From: Acaryochloris marina MBIC11017
GTDB taxonomy: Bacteria; Cyanobacteriota; Cyanobacteriia; Thermosynechococcales; Thermosynechococcaceae
Reading direction: 5' to 3'
Length of the DNA stretch: 32,000 nt
NCBI RefSeq assembly: GCF_000018105.1
Contig: NC_009925.1
Location: 2,100,001 to 2,132,000 of the forward strand
The position numbers and the translations under genes are program-made. Positions 18,984-27,530 of the stretch are shown here, piece after piece; position 1 is the first letter of the stretch; each line of letters begins with the position of its first letter. The notes beneath the pieces are model-generated. The model saw only the letters and a program-made list of their open reading frames with translations. It had not been told where the DNA came from and ran no database searches.

Positions 18984-20925
18984 ACAACTCCTCTCTGAGC
19001 AAAGGAAGTTCTTGGAAACCTGAGGTTAATTCAACCGACAGGAAGGCCAGAACGCTAACGCAAGTAATCAGTAAATAAAATTGGGTAGAACCCGTTTGGA
19101 ACAGCTTGAGGATATCGCCGCCAATGACGGTGCCTCGGCCAGTGAGATTAACGAGCCCATCGACAATGTTGCGATCAATCCAGAGCTGGATTTTGCTCAT
19201 TTTCTGCATGGCCGTTGCTGAACTGTTGACTAAGCCATCAATCACAAGGCGATCAAACCCAAAGAGGAATTCTCCAAAGGCTTGAAAGGGATTGAGGATT
19301 AAGACGGAATAGATATCGTCAATCCAGAATTGGTTAACCGATAACAGGTAAAGGGGACGGAACGTATTTGCGATCGCAACGGGCCATTGGGGCTTGGCGA
19401 GGTAAAGCACTGCGGCTAGACCAATTCCCAAAACACCAGCAGCAATCGAAGATCCCATCACCATCCAGTCAATTGCAGCTGCATGATGCTCACCGGTCAA
19501 GAAGGTTTGAAACCAGTTATCCATAAAGGGGGAGCCTGGAATGCCCACAAAGATGGCACCAATGGCAAGACACCAAAGGGGAACAGTCATCAAAGCGGGA
19601 GACTCATGGGCATGAATCTCAGGGTTACGGGCTTTGCCAAAGAAGGTCATAAAGACCAGGCGGAACATATAGAAGGCGGTCATAAAGGCCGTCAACAACA
19701 GTACGCCATAGACCACAAAATGGCCTTCTTGATAGGCTTCTAGCAGGATTTCATCCTTAGACCAGAAACCAGACAGAGGCGGTACACCCGCAATGGCTAA
19801 GGACGCAATTACAAAAGTTGCCCCTGTATGCTTCATCTTGCTGAACAGGCCGCCTAATTGACGGATGTCCTGTTCATGGGCGCCGTGGATAACGCTGCCC
19901 GCACCGAGGAAGAGCAATGCCTTAAAGAAGGCGTGGGTCATCAGGTGAAAGGTGCCTGCGGTCATACCGCCCAGCCCCATGGCCGTCACCATGTAACCCA
20001 ACTGGGAAATCGTGGAAAAAGCCAGGACTTTCTTGATATCTGTCGCAGTTAAAGCAATGTAGGCCGCCATAAACGCGGTCAAGGTGCCAATCCCCATCAC
20101 CCAGGGCATCACCATAGGGAAGCTGGTAAATAACACGAAGGAACGAGCCACCAGATACACCCCTGCAGCCACCATGGTTGCCGCATGAATCAGGGCACTC
20201 ACTGGCGTCGGACCTTCCATGGCGTCTGGCAACCAGACGTGCAAGGGAAATTGAGCCGACTTACCCACGGTTCCACAGAAAATCAGGGGAGCTGCCAGCC
20301 ACAGCAACGGAGCACCCGTTTCTACTGCATTCGGCAAATCCACAAAGCTGAGGGTACCGCCGGTCACAAACAGGGTCATAATGCCGAGAAATAAGCCCAC
20401 ATCCCCAACACGGGTGGTTAAGAAGGCTTTCCGAGAGGCATTCGCTGCTGAATCCTTATGGAAGTAAAAACCAATCAGTAAATAGGAGCAGAGACCCATG
20501 ACTTCCCAAGCCATAAAGTACTGCACATAGTTATTGGCAATGACCAAGGTGAGCATGGCCGCCATGAACAGGGACACATAGGCAAAAAACCGGTGATAGT
20601 ATTTCTCACCGTGCATATAGCCAATGGAGTAGACCTGAATTAGGGTACCAATCACTGTCACCACAAACAGCAAGGTGGCTGAGAGGGGATCGAGTAAATA
20701 ACCAAAATTGAGGTCGTAATTTCCTAAGGTCAACCACAGCCACTCATGGGAGTACTGACCGCCCTGGGCGACTACCCAAGCTGCCGGTAAAGCAATGGCC
20801 GAAGAGGCAACACTTGTCAGGACTGAAATCCATCCAGAGAAACTACCTAAACGATGACCAAAGAAAAGATTGACTGCAAACGCAATCAAGGGAAATAAGG
20901 GTATTAGGTATGCAAAATCAGTCAT
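18910..20925 (-). CDS. ndhF: NAD(P)H-quinone oxidoreductase chain 5 (NuoL/NdhF family)
   Basis: Track ORF 18910-20940 starts at a TTG. I prefer the ATG at 20925, which gives 'MTDFAYLIPLFPLIAFAV...', a typical NuoL N-terminus. Motifs present: 'WEVMGLCSYLLIGFY', 'RKAFLTTRVGD', 'FPLHVWLPDAMEGPTPVSALIHAATMV'. The 3' end overlaps ndhD by 74 nt. Confidence 0.9.
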   Translation of the reverse strand: MTDFAYLIPLFPLIAFAVNLFFGHRLGSFSGWISVLTSVASSAIALPAAWVVAQGGQYSHEWLWLTLGNYDLNFGYLLDPLSATLLFVVTVIGTLIQVYSIGYMHGEKYYHRFFAYVSLFMAAMLTLVIANNYVQYFMAWEVMGLCSYLLIGFYFHKDSAANASRKAFLTTRVGDVGLFLGIMTLFVTGGTLSFVDLPNAVETGAPLLWLAAPLIFCGTVGKSAQFPLHVWLPDAMEGPTPVSALIHAATMVAAGVYLVARSFVLFTSFPMVMPWVMGIGTLTAFMAAYIALTATDIKKVLAFSTISQLGYMVTAMGLGGMTAGTFHLMTHAFFKALLFLGAGSVIHGAHEQDIRQLGGLFSKMKHTGATFVIASLAIAGVPPLSGFWSKDEILLEAYQEGHFVVYGVLLLTAFMTAFYMFRLVFMTFFGKARNPEIHAHESPALMTVPLWCLAIGAIFVGIPGSPFMDNWFQTFLTGEHHAAAIDWMVMGSSIAAGVLGIGLAAVLYLAKPQWPVAIANTFRPLYLLSVNQFWIDDIYSVLILNPFQAFGEFLFGFDRLVIDGLVNSSATAMQKMSKIQLWIDRNIVDGLVNLTGRGTVIGGDILKLFQTGSTQFYLLITCVSVLAFLSVELTSGFQELPLLREELYGISSFILDNIFPARWGGHNPFAP
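18988..18995 (-). promoter_or_regulatory. Shine-Dalgarno GAGAGGAG for ndhD, embedded in the 3' end of ndhF
   Basis: The minus strand reads GAGAGGAG-TTGT-ATG (ATG at 18983). Confidence 0.55.
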
Positions 20926-21596
20926 AGTTTCCCATTTCAAGAGATCGATTAATTTATCCCCACAAACTGTCTTCCTAATTCTGGCGGTAGCGGTTAAACA
21001 TCAAGCTAAACTGCTCCGTGGAATCGATAGACTATTAAATAAAACAAAGATAAATTTCAGGAAATTTACATAATTCATGGGTGGATGGAAATATCGACGA
21101 CCAAACCAGATGAGTGGCCGAGTCGATTTTTCATTTCGTTAATCGTACTTGCTAAAAAAAAGTGTGTATGCCAAGCAGGGTAAAGGCCTAAAACCCTTTC
21201 TCTGCCTGCAAGACCTTATTCTAACAGCAACATTTTTGAGGTGCCGAGCTGTCTATCAGCGGGGGTGTAAAAATGAGAATTCACCCATCAATTTTGGTCA
21301 ACATTCTGTTAATGACGCCTCTCTTTCTGGCGGGATTCAAGGGCTGATTCTATAGACGCTTACTTGGTTTGGGCAGAGTCATCATTTTTGCTTAATTACT
21401 GTAAAAAAACTGATCCTGAAGAAAATCTTTTATTTCAAATTTTTCGGAGTTAAAACTTAAGTTTCTTTAACATAAGAAATATGTTCTCAATGTAAACAAA
21501 TGTATCGTTGCTCTTGAGACTTAAAATGCGGTTGTCCAAGCCATAATGCAGTTGACTTTCTAGCCTAGTTTTAGGGAAGCACCCCAATCGCGGAAT

Positions 21597-23708
21597 ATGA
21601 GTAAGACGGGTAATGGCATTCTTGAAGCGCATTTTTTCCTTCGACCCGCCGCTGATCAGGAATTAACCACCCCCATCCTGATTGTGGGGGGATCGACAGC
21701 AGCCTATGCCGCCACCTTAGGTGCATTACAAGCCGGAGCAAAGGTATGTTTAGTGCAGCCTCAGCTCGTCTTAGGGGGGCAGTTCACAAGCCAAGGTTTA
21801 CCGGCCTCTGATGATGGCAAGCTATTAACCCCCTATGAGCTGATTCCACCGGATCGACGAGACCCGAATCAACTTAGGGATAGTGAGTATTTTGCCCTGT
21901 CGCGATCGCAACGACAATTCCGACAATGCCAACGCCAGAATCAACCCGTTGCCCACCAAATCCTTCAGAACCCTGGCGGTAGCTGGGTAAGCCACCTCTC
22001 GGTCACGCCAACTGTCGCTGCAAACTGTCTCAATGCAGCGATTCGGCCCTTTTTAGAGCAAGGATTATTGACGCTTATCCCTTGGTCTATACCGATACGG
22101 GTATTGATGGAAGAATCACCCCGCCGCATCCTAGGTGTCCAATTCAAGGATAAACAGACCCATCATCAATTCACGGTTAGGGCACAAATCACCATTGAAG
22201 CTACGGATCTAGGAGAGCTGCTGGAACTGGGAAAGATACCCTCCCGGGTGGGGCAAGAATCTCGTTCCCAAACCCAGGAAGCCGTATTACCTGAAGACCC
22301 TCGCCCGGAATGCCAACAGGCCATCACCTTTTGCGCCGTAGTTGAGCGGAGTTCCCAAAGTCCACCCCCCCTGCCAGCACCATCAGGGTATGACCATCAA
22401 CCCTGGTTGCAATCTTGTGACTTCACTGATGAGTTTTGGATCCACCAACCCGATCGATGGCAAAAACATGACTTCTACGATCCAGACGGTATGTTTCGGT
22501 ATCGTCGGCTGTATCGCAGCCAGAAGAGTGATACTGTTCACCCCGGAGATATCACTGTTCTTAACTGGGCAACCAGTCCACTAGGGGTTAATGGTAGACC
22601 GCCAGATCCTTCAGCCCCACTGGGGTGTGGCAATGATTATCCCTTTGGTTGCCTCCTCGGTGTCAGTCCAGAGCAACGACAAGAACAAGTGATACGGGCG
22701 CGCGATCGCACCCAAGCCTACATCCACTATCTGCAAACCCAAAGTCATCCCGAACTTAAACCGAGGGGAGATTTAACCTGGACCGAGGATGGTATTGCCT
22801 TAGAACCCTATATCCGAGAAGCCCGCCGCGGCATTGCGCTAACCACCATCCGCCATGAAGATGTGGCTGCTAAATTTTTCCCCAATCAAGTTCGGGCTCG
22901 AACTTTCACAGACAGTGTGGGCATCGGTCAATACCATTACTTAGATGTTCACCCCAACCATGCCCAGGGCCACGTGGAGTTAGGCGATGGTCACGATGCC
23001 TTGCCGTTCACTCTACCCTTATCGGCCTTAATTCCCATAGATACAGAAGGGTTGATCCTGTCGGCCAAAAGTATTGGCACCACTCACATTACCAATGCGG
23101 CCTATCGCATGCATCCTATGGAATGGACCATTGGTGAAGCTGGAGGACATTTAGCCGCCTTTGCACTCATGGAAGGCGTAACTGCACAAGAGATCACCCA
23201 ACAGCCCACATTGAGAATGGCGTTCCAAACCCATCTCACCCATCAGGGGATTCCCATTGCTTGGTTAAACGACATCAGTCATGAGGATCCAGACTTTGCG
23301 GCGATTCAGGTATTAACCACCAACGGAATTCTCCCGCTCCAGAACCTGCAAACCTTAAACTTTATGCCCGAAGAAGCTATCAGCTGGGGGCGATTTCGGC
23401 ATGCCTTAATACAGGTCTTGCAACGGTTACGTGAAGCTACCCCCCTGCCCTTCTCAAATGTTACTTCGATGAAAGCAGCCTCTTCTGTTGCTAAAGCTTG
23501 GCTTGAAGGGCAGAACAGTCTAGACCGTTTTCAATTCGATCCTGAACAACCCATCACCTTTAGTCAAAGCAAACTTTTACTGGAGCAGCTTGCTCTAGCC
23601 CTAGTACCAGAAAACTTTAACGTTACATTGGCTGAGAACAAACCGATGACAAACCGCATCGCTGCCCAGATTTTGTGGCAACTATGGACATCTACTTGCC
23701 ATCCTTAA
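21597..23708 (+). CDS. FAD-dependent oxidoreductase family protein (FAD_oxidored-like) with a ~170-aa C-terminal extension
   Basis: 703-aa ORF. Dinucleotide-binding N-terminus 'ILIVGGSTAAYAATLGALQAGAKVCLVQP...GGQFTSQG'. Also 'IEATDLGELLELG' and C-terminal FAD-contact block 'SAKSIGTTHITNAAYRMHPMEWTIGEAGGHLAAFA'. Confidence 0.8.
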   Translation: MSKTGNGILEAHFFLRPAADQELTTPILIVGGSTAAYAATLGALQAGAKVCLVQPQLVLGGQFTSQGLPASDDGKLLTPYELIPPDRRDPNQLRDSEYFALSRSQRQFRQCQRQNQPVAHQILQNPGGSWVSHLSVTPTVAANCLNAAIRPFLEQGLLTLIPWSIPIRVLMEESPRRILGVQFKDKQTHHQFTVRAQITIEATDLGELLELGKIPSRVGQESRSQTQEAVLPEDPRPECQQAITFCAVVERSSQSPPPLPAPSGYDHQPWLQSCDFTDEFWIHQPDRWQKHDFYDPDGMFRYRRLYRSQKSDTVHPGDITVLNWATSPLGVNGRPPDPSAPLGCGNDYPFGCLLGVSPEQRQEQVIRARDRTQAYIHYLQTQSHPELKPRGDLTWTEDGIALEPYIREARRGIALTTIRHEDVAAKFFPNQVRARTFTDSVGIGQYHYLDVHPNHAQGHVELGDGHDALPFTLPLSALIPIDTEGLILSAKSIGTTHITNAAYRMHPMEWTIGEAGGHLAAFALMEGVTAQEITQQPTLRMAFQTHLTHQGIPIAWLNDISHEDPDFAAIQVLTTNGILPLQNLQTLNFMPEEAISWGRFRHALIQVLQRLREATPLPFSNVTSMKAASSVAKAWLEGQNSLDRFQFDPEQPITFSQSKLLLEQLALALVPENFNVTLAENKPMTNRIAAQILWQLWTSTCHP

Positions 23709-24040
23709 CGTTCAGTCAGCGATATAGCAGTCACAGTAAGGCTAACCGCCCTCCTGGGCAAAATAGGATATTGCAAGGAAGACCCAGCCAGGCAACTGGA
23801 TTAACTCCTACTTGGTCTGCAGAAACTCTCTATATGAGTTGTCCACCACCTGAGAATTAAGTTAAATTTAGTTAAGATTGATGTTCGACTTGCCTCTAGT
23901 TGGCCTTTTGCCAGGTTCAACCCTGAGGAAACGCTCAAAGCGTGCGTGAAAAGTCGAGTGAGATCGTTCTCGCTTCGCTTCAGACATGCCAGATCCCTAG
24001 CAAGGCTGTGCGTTGCTTTTACCGAAAGGGCCCATAAACG

Positions 24041-25933
24041 ATGAAATCTTCTTGGAAAATACTTCTTCTGTGGCTTTTGCCATCTCTACTGATTGTGTTC
24101 TTCCTCTGGCAAAGTGTTTTTGCTCCTGCAGCCACTACCACGCCAGAAATGAGCAATGCTGCAAACTCACGGATGACCTACGGTCGGTTTCTTGACTATT
24201 TAGAAGCAGGTCGAATCCAGAAGGTCGACCTGTTTGATGGTGGTCAAACCGCCATTATTGAGACAACAGACGTAGAAATTGGCGGTCCAGTTCAGCGAGT
24301 CCGCGTTGCCCTCCCTGGGTCTGCACCTCAGCTCATTGCCAAGCTCAGAGAAGACAAGGTTGACTTTGATATCCACCCCGATCGCAACACAGGTGCTGTT
24401 TGGGGCTTGCTAGGCAACCTAATTTTCCCCATCTTCCTGATTGTGGGTCTCTTCTTTATTTTCCGCCGGTCCAGCAACGTCCCCGGTGGACCAGGCCAAG
24501 CCATGAACTTTGGTAAGTCCAAAGCTCGCTTCCAAATGGAAGCCCAAACCGGAGTCATGTTTGATGACGTCGCGGGTGTCGAAGAAGCCAAAGAAGAACT
24601 CGAAGAAGTCGTCACCTTCCTGAAAAAACCTGAGAAATTCACCGCTGTTGGCGCTCGAATTCCTAAAGGTGTCTTGTTGGTCGGCCCTCCTGGAACGGGT
24701 AAGACATTACTCGCCAAAGCCATTGCTGGTGAAGCAGGGGTTCCGTTCTTCAGTATTTCTGGTTCAGAATTTGTCGAAATGTTTGTGGGTGTCGGTGCCT
24801 CTCGGGTCCGCGACCTATTTAAGAAAGCCAAAGAAAACGCGCCTTGCATCATCTTTATCGATGAGATTGACGCCGTTGGTCGTCAGCGGGGTGCCGGTAT
24901 CGGTGGCGGTAATGATGAACGGGAACAAACCCTGAACCAACTCTTAACCGAGATGGATGGCTTTGAAGGCAATACTGGAATCATTATTCTGGCAGCCACC
25001 AACCGCCCCGACGTCCTAGACAGTGCCCTCCTCCGTCCTGGTCGATTTGACCGTCAAGTCACTGTGGATGCCCCGGACATCAAGGGTCGCTTAGAAATCC
25101 TGTCCGTTCATGCTCGGGACAAGAAGCTAGCGGAAGAGGTTTCTCTCAAGACGATTGCTCGTCGTACCCCTGGCTTTACAGGAGCTGACTTAGCGAACTT
25201 GTTGAATGAAGCGGCGATTCTAACCGCACGTCGTCGGAAAGAAGCTATTACCCTTTCTGAGATTGATGATGCCGTCGACCGTGTTGTTGCGGGTATGGAA
25301 GGCACCCCCTTAGTCGACAGCAAGAGCAAGCGACTGATTGCTTACCACGAGATTGGTCATGCCATTGTCGGTACGCTGATGAAAGAGCATGATCCAGTCC
25401 AAAAAGTAACCCTGATTCCTCGCGGCCAAGCCCAAGGTCTAACCTGGTTTACCCCGTCGGATGAACAGGAATTGGTATCGCGATCGCAACTCAAAGCCCG
25501 GATGGCAGGTGCCATGGGTGGGCGCGCTGCAGAGCAAGTGGTCTTTGGTGATGCCGAAGTGACCACGGGTGCAGGCGGTGACTTACAGCAGGTCACTGGT
25601 ATGGCAAGACAAATGGTGACCCGATTCGGCATGTCGGATTTAGGTCCCCTATCCTTAGAAGGTCAGCAAGCAGATGTATTTCTCGGTCGAGATCTCATGT
25701 CTCGCTCTGAATATTCTGATGAGATTGCAGGTCGCATTGATGCCCAAGTGCGTGAACTGATTCAGCATGCTTATGAAGAAGCGATTCATATCGTCCGAGA
25801 TCACCGAGCAGCGGTTGACCGATTAGTAGACCTCTTGGTAGAGAAGGAAACCATTGATGGCGAAGAGCTGCGTCATATTCTGGCAGAGTACACAACCGTC
25901 CCTGAGAAGGAACGTTTCGTGCCCCAGCTATAA
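24041..25933 (+). CDS. ftsH: ATP-dependent zinc metalloprotease FtsH
   Basis: 630-aa ORF. Two N-terminal TM helices, AAA module '[17 protein letters not shown]', second region of homology, and zinc site 'HEIGHAIVG'. Confidence 0.97.
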   Translation: MKSSWKILLLWLLPSLLIVFFLWQSVFAPAATTTPEMSNAANSRMTYGRFLDYLEAGRIQKVDLFDGGQTAIIETTDVEIGGPVQRVRVALPGSAPQLIAKLREDKVDFDIHPDRNTGAVWGLLGNLIFPIFLIVGLFFIFRRSSNVPGGPGQAMNFGKSKARFQMEAQTGVMFDDVAGVEEAKEELEEVVTFLKKPEKFTAVGARIPKGVLLVGPPGTGKTLLAKAIAGEAGVPFFSISGSEFVEMFVGVGASRVRDLFKKAKENAPCIIFIDEIDAVGRQRGAGIGGGNDEREQTLNQLLTEMDGFEGNTGIIILAATNRPDVLDSALLRPGRFDRQVTVDAPDIKGRLEILSVHARDKKLAEEVSLKTIARRTPGFTGADLANLLNEAAILTARRRKEAITLSEIDDAVDRVVAGMEGTPLVDSKSKRLIAYHEIGHAIVGTLMKEHDPVQKVTLIPRGQAQGLTWFTPSDEQELVSRSQLKARMAGAMGGRAAEQVVFGDAEVTTGAGGDLQQVTGMARQMVTRFGMSDLGPLSLEGQQADVFLGRDLMSRSEYSDEIAGRIDAQVRELIQHAYEEAIHIVRDHRAAVDRLVDLLVEKETIDGEELRHILAEYTTVPEKERFVPQL

Positions 25934-25956
25934 GCTCAATCAATAGAAAATTTCTG

Positions 25957-25990
25957 AAAAGAGGGTGAGTTGAACTCACCCTCTTTTTTC
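25957..25990 (+). terminator. Intrinsic terminator of ftsH
   Basis: AAAAGAGGGTGAGT-TGA-ACTCACCCTCTTTTTTC: a perfect 10-bp GC-rich stem extended by A/T pairs and followed by a T-run. It lies 24 nt after the stop. Confidence 0.85.
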
Positions 25991-26084
25991 GCAAATATGT
26001 TCTTTTACGAGGATCTCTTGACGAGGATGGTCCGCAAAGCTTTACGATGAGTTAGTTTATGCCTTTCATCGTTCGCCACACGCT

Positions 26085-26897
26085 ATGAAGCCCTACCTTG
26101 CTGCCGCAGTTCAAATGACCAGTTTGCCAGATTTACACAAAAATTTGGCCCAAGCGACGGATTTAATTGAGCTAGCAGTGCGCCGCGGAGCCGAATTAGT
26201 GTGTTTGCCTGAGAATTTTTCTTTTCTTGGAGATGAATCAGCCAAAATTGAGCAAGCTGAAACCATTGGTTTAGAATCTGAAAAATTTATCAAAACCATG
26301 GCTCAGCGCTTCCAAATCACGATCTTGGGAGGGGGCTACCCTGTACCTGCAGAGGCGGGCAAAGTCTACAATACAGCTCTACTAGTGGCACCAGATGGGA
26401 GTGAACTAGCTCGATACCATAAAGTCCACCTCTTCGACGTCGAACTCCCGGACGGCAATATTTATCATGAGTCAGGCATTGTGCTCGCTGGCTCGGAGAT
26501 TCCCCCCATTTACGCTTCGCCCAAATATGGAAACTTGGGTATGTCCGTTTGCTACGATGTTCGATTTCCTGAGTTTTATCGGGCCTTGTCTAAAGCTGGA
26601 GCAGACGTACTGTTTGTTCCAGCAGCGTTCACGGCCTTTACGGGCAAAGATCACTGGCAAGTGCTACTCCAAGCCCGTGCCATTGAGAATACGACTTACG
26701 TCATTGCCCCAGCTCAAACTGGTTTCCACAACTCTCGCCGCCAATCCCATGGCCATGCTCTGATTGTCGATCCCTGGGGAGTGGTCTTAGCAGATGCCAG
26801 TATTGAGCCAGGAGTCGCTGTAGCTGCCATCGAACCCTCCCGTCTGGATCAAGTGCGGCAGCAAATGCCTTGTTTAAACCACCGCGTATTTGGTTAA
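26085..26897 (+). CDS. Carbon-nitrogen hydrolase (nitrilase-superfamily, Nit/omega-amidase-like)
   Basis: 270-aa ORF. The Glu-Lys-Cys triad context is visible: 'LVCLPENF', 'YHKVHLFD', 'GMSVCYDVRFPE'. Confidence 0.9.
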   Translation: MKPYLAAAVQMTSLPDLHKNLAQATDLIELAVRRGAELVCLPENFSFLGDESAKIEQAETIGLESEKFIKTMAQRFQITILGGGYPVPAEAGKVYNTALLVAPDGSELARYHKVHLFDVELPDGNIYHESGIVLAGSEIPPIYASPKYGNLGMSVCYDVRFPEFYRALSKAGADVLFVPAAFTAFTGKDHWQVLLQARAIENTTYVIAPAQTGFHNSRRQSHGHALIVDPWGVVLADASIEPGVAVAAIEPSRLDQVRQQMPCLNHRVFG

Positions 26898-27040
26898 GTC
26901 TTTTACCGTCAATGGTCCTTCATACCTGTATTTAAAGATGCGAAGCAGTCCGCAACGGGTTTGACAGTGTGGCTTAATATCTGTACCCCTCTCCCCTGAA
27001 TCAGTCTCCCTTCTCCCGAAAATATACGGCTGATGTATGG

Positions 27041-27530
27041 ATTCCTGCCGTTATAGCAGTAGTGAGTATGCCTGCTTATTAGGGTTTACTACTGGGGCAG
27101 GTACTGAAACTGCGATCGCAGTATCGCAAACCTACAACAAAGTCATCTCCATTTTCGCCGAGTTAGGCATGGTCACTCTATAAAATTGGTTTAGAGTCTT
27201 AGCTACAAGAACTACTGGGACTGGGTTCTCAAGCAACCATTGTTGGGGTAGCCGCCCCCTTCATTTAAAGTACGTTTGGATTAATCTATTGTTTTTATTT
27301 GAATCGACAAACTACAAACTCGCGGTGATCTACTGCTGTCTGCTTTAATCCTTGTTAGCGTTATAAAACTATATTTAGAAGCCATTCTAGGCACCTTTAC
27401 CGCTGAATTAGTCCTAGCTGGAACTAACCAATATAAAGAACAAGTGATCCCCTTGGCAGGCATACTTGTCCCTATCTTTATTTGTCTGGGTGGGAGCAAA
27501 AACCGATGTCAGCGTTCTCAACCTTCTGAT
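27041..27530 (+). pseudogene. 5' remnant of a CPA2-type cation/proton antiporter gene (frameshifts, in-frame stop, internal deletion)
   Basis: Antiporter-like peptide blocks are spread over different frames. Blocks: 'IPAVIA..', 'ISIFAELGMV', 'YKIGLES*LQELLGLGSQATIVGVAAPFI*' (TAG at 27200-27202), 'EAILGTFTAELVLAGTNQYKEQVIPLAGILVPIF', then in another frame 'VGAKTDVSVLNLLI'. The ~490 nt here is too short for the roughly 300 codons expected before the 'PIFF' block. Confidence 0.6.
27522..27530. repeat. Left copy of the 9-bp target-site duplication CCTTCTGAT
   Basis: Identical 9-mers directly abut both ends of the IS (27522-27530 and 28847-28855). Confidence 0.8.

Noticed and set aside
20926-20940. 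TTG start for ndhF used by the ORF track
   Set aside because: The ATG at 20925 gives the canonical NuoL-type N-terminus. The five extra codons (MKWET) are unsupported.
21492-21527. NtcA-like GTA-N8-TAT with a TAAAAT -10-like box upstream of the FAD oxidoreductase gene
   Set aside because: The last base deviates from the TAC consensus. The site centre is about 5 bp too close to the -10 box for a class II NtcA promoter. Such matches are expected by chance in AT-rich DNA.
23911-23928. tRNA-like T-loop sequence CCAGGTTCAACCCTGAGG upstream of ftsH
   Set aside because: The stem pairs at only 4/5 positions, the loop is 6 nt rather than 7, and I found no acceptor, D or anticodon arms in the flanks.
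23871-23987. 38-aa basic minus-strand ORF (MSEAKRERSHSTFHARFERF...) upstream of ftsH
   Set aside because: It has no ribosome-binding site and no recognisable family. It lies in the probable ftsH promoter/leader region.
24328-24852. 174-aa minus-strand ORF inside ftsH
   Set aside because: It lies exactly antisense to the highly conserved AAA module of ftsH. It is Pro/Ser/Ala-rich with no recognisable motif or ribosome-binding site. This is a typical shadow ORF of a codon-biased gene.
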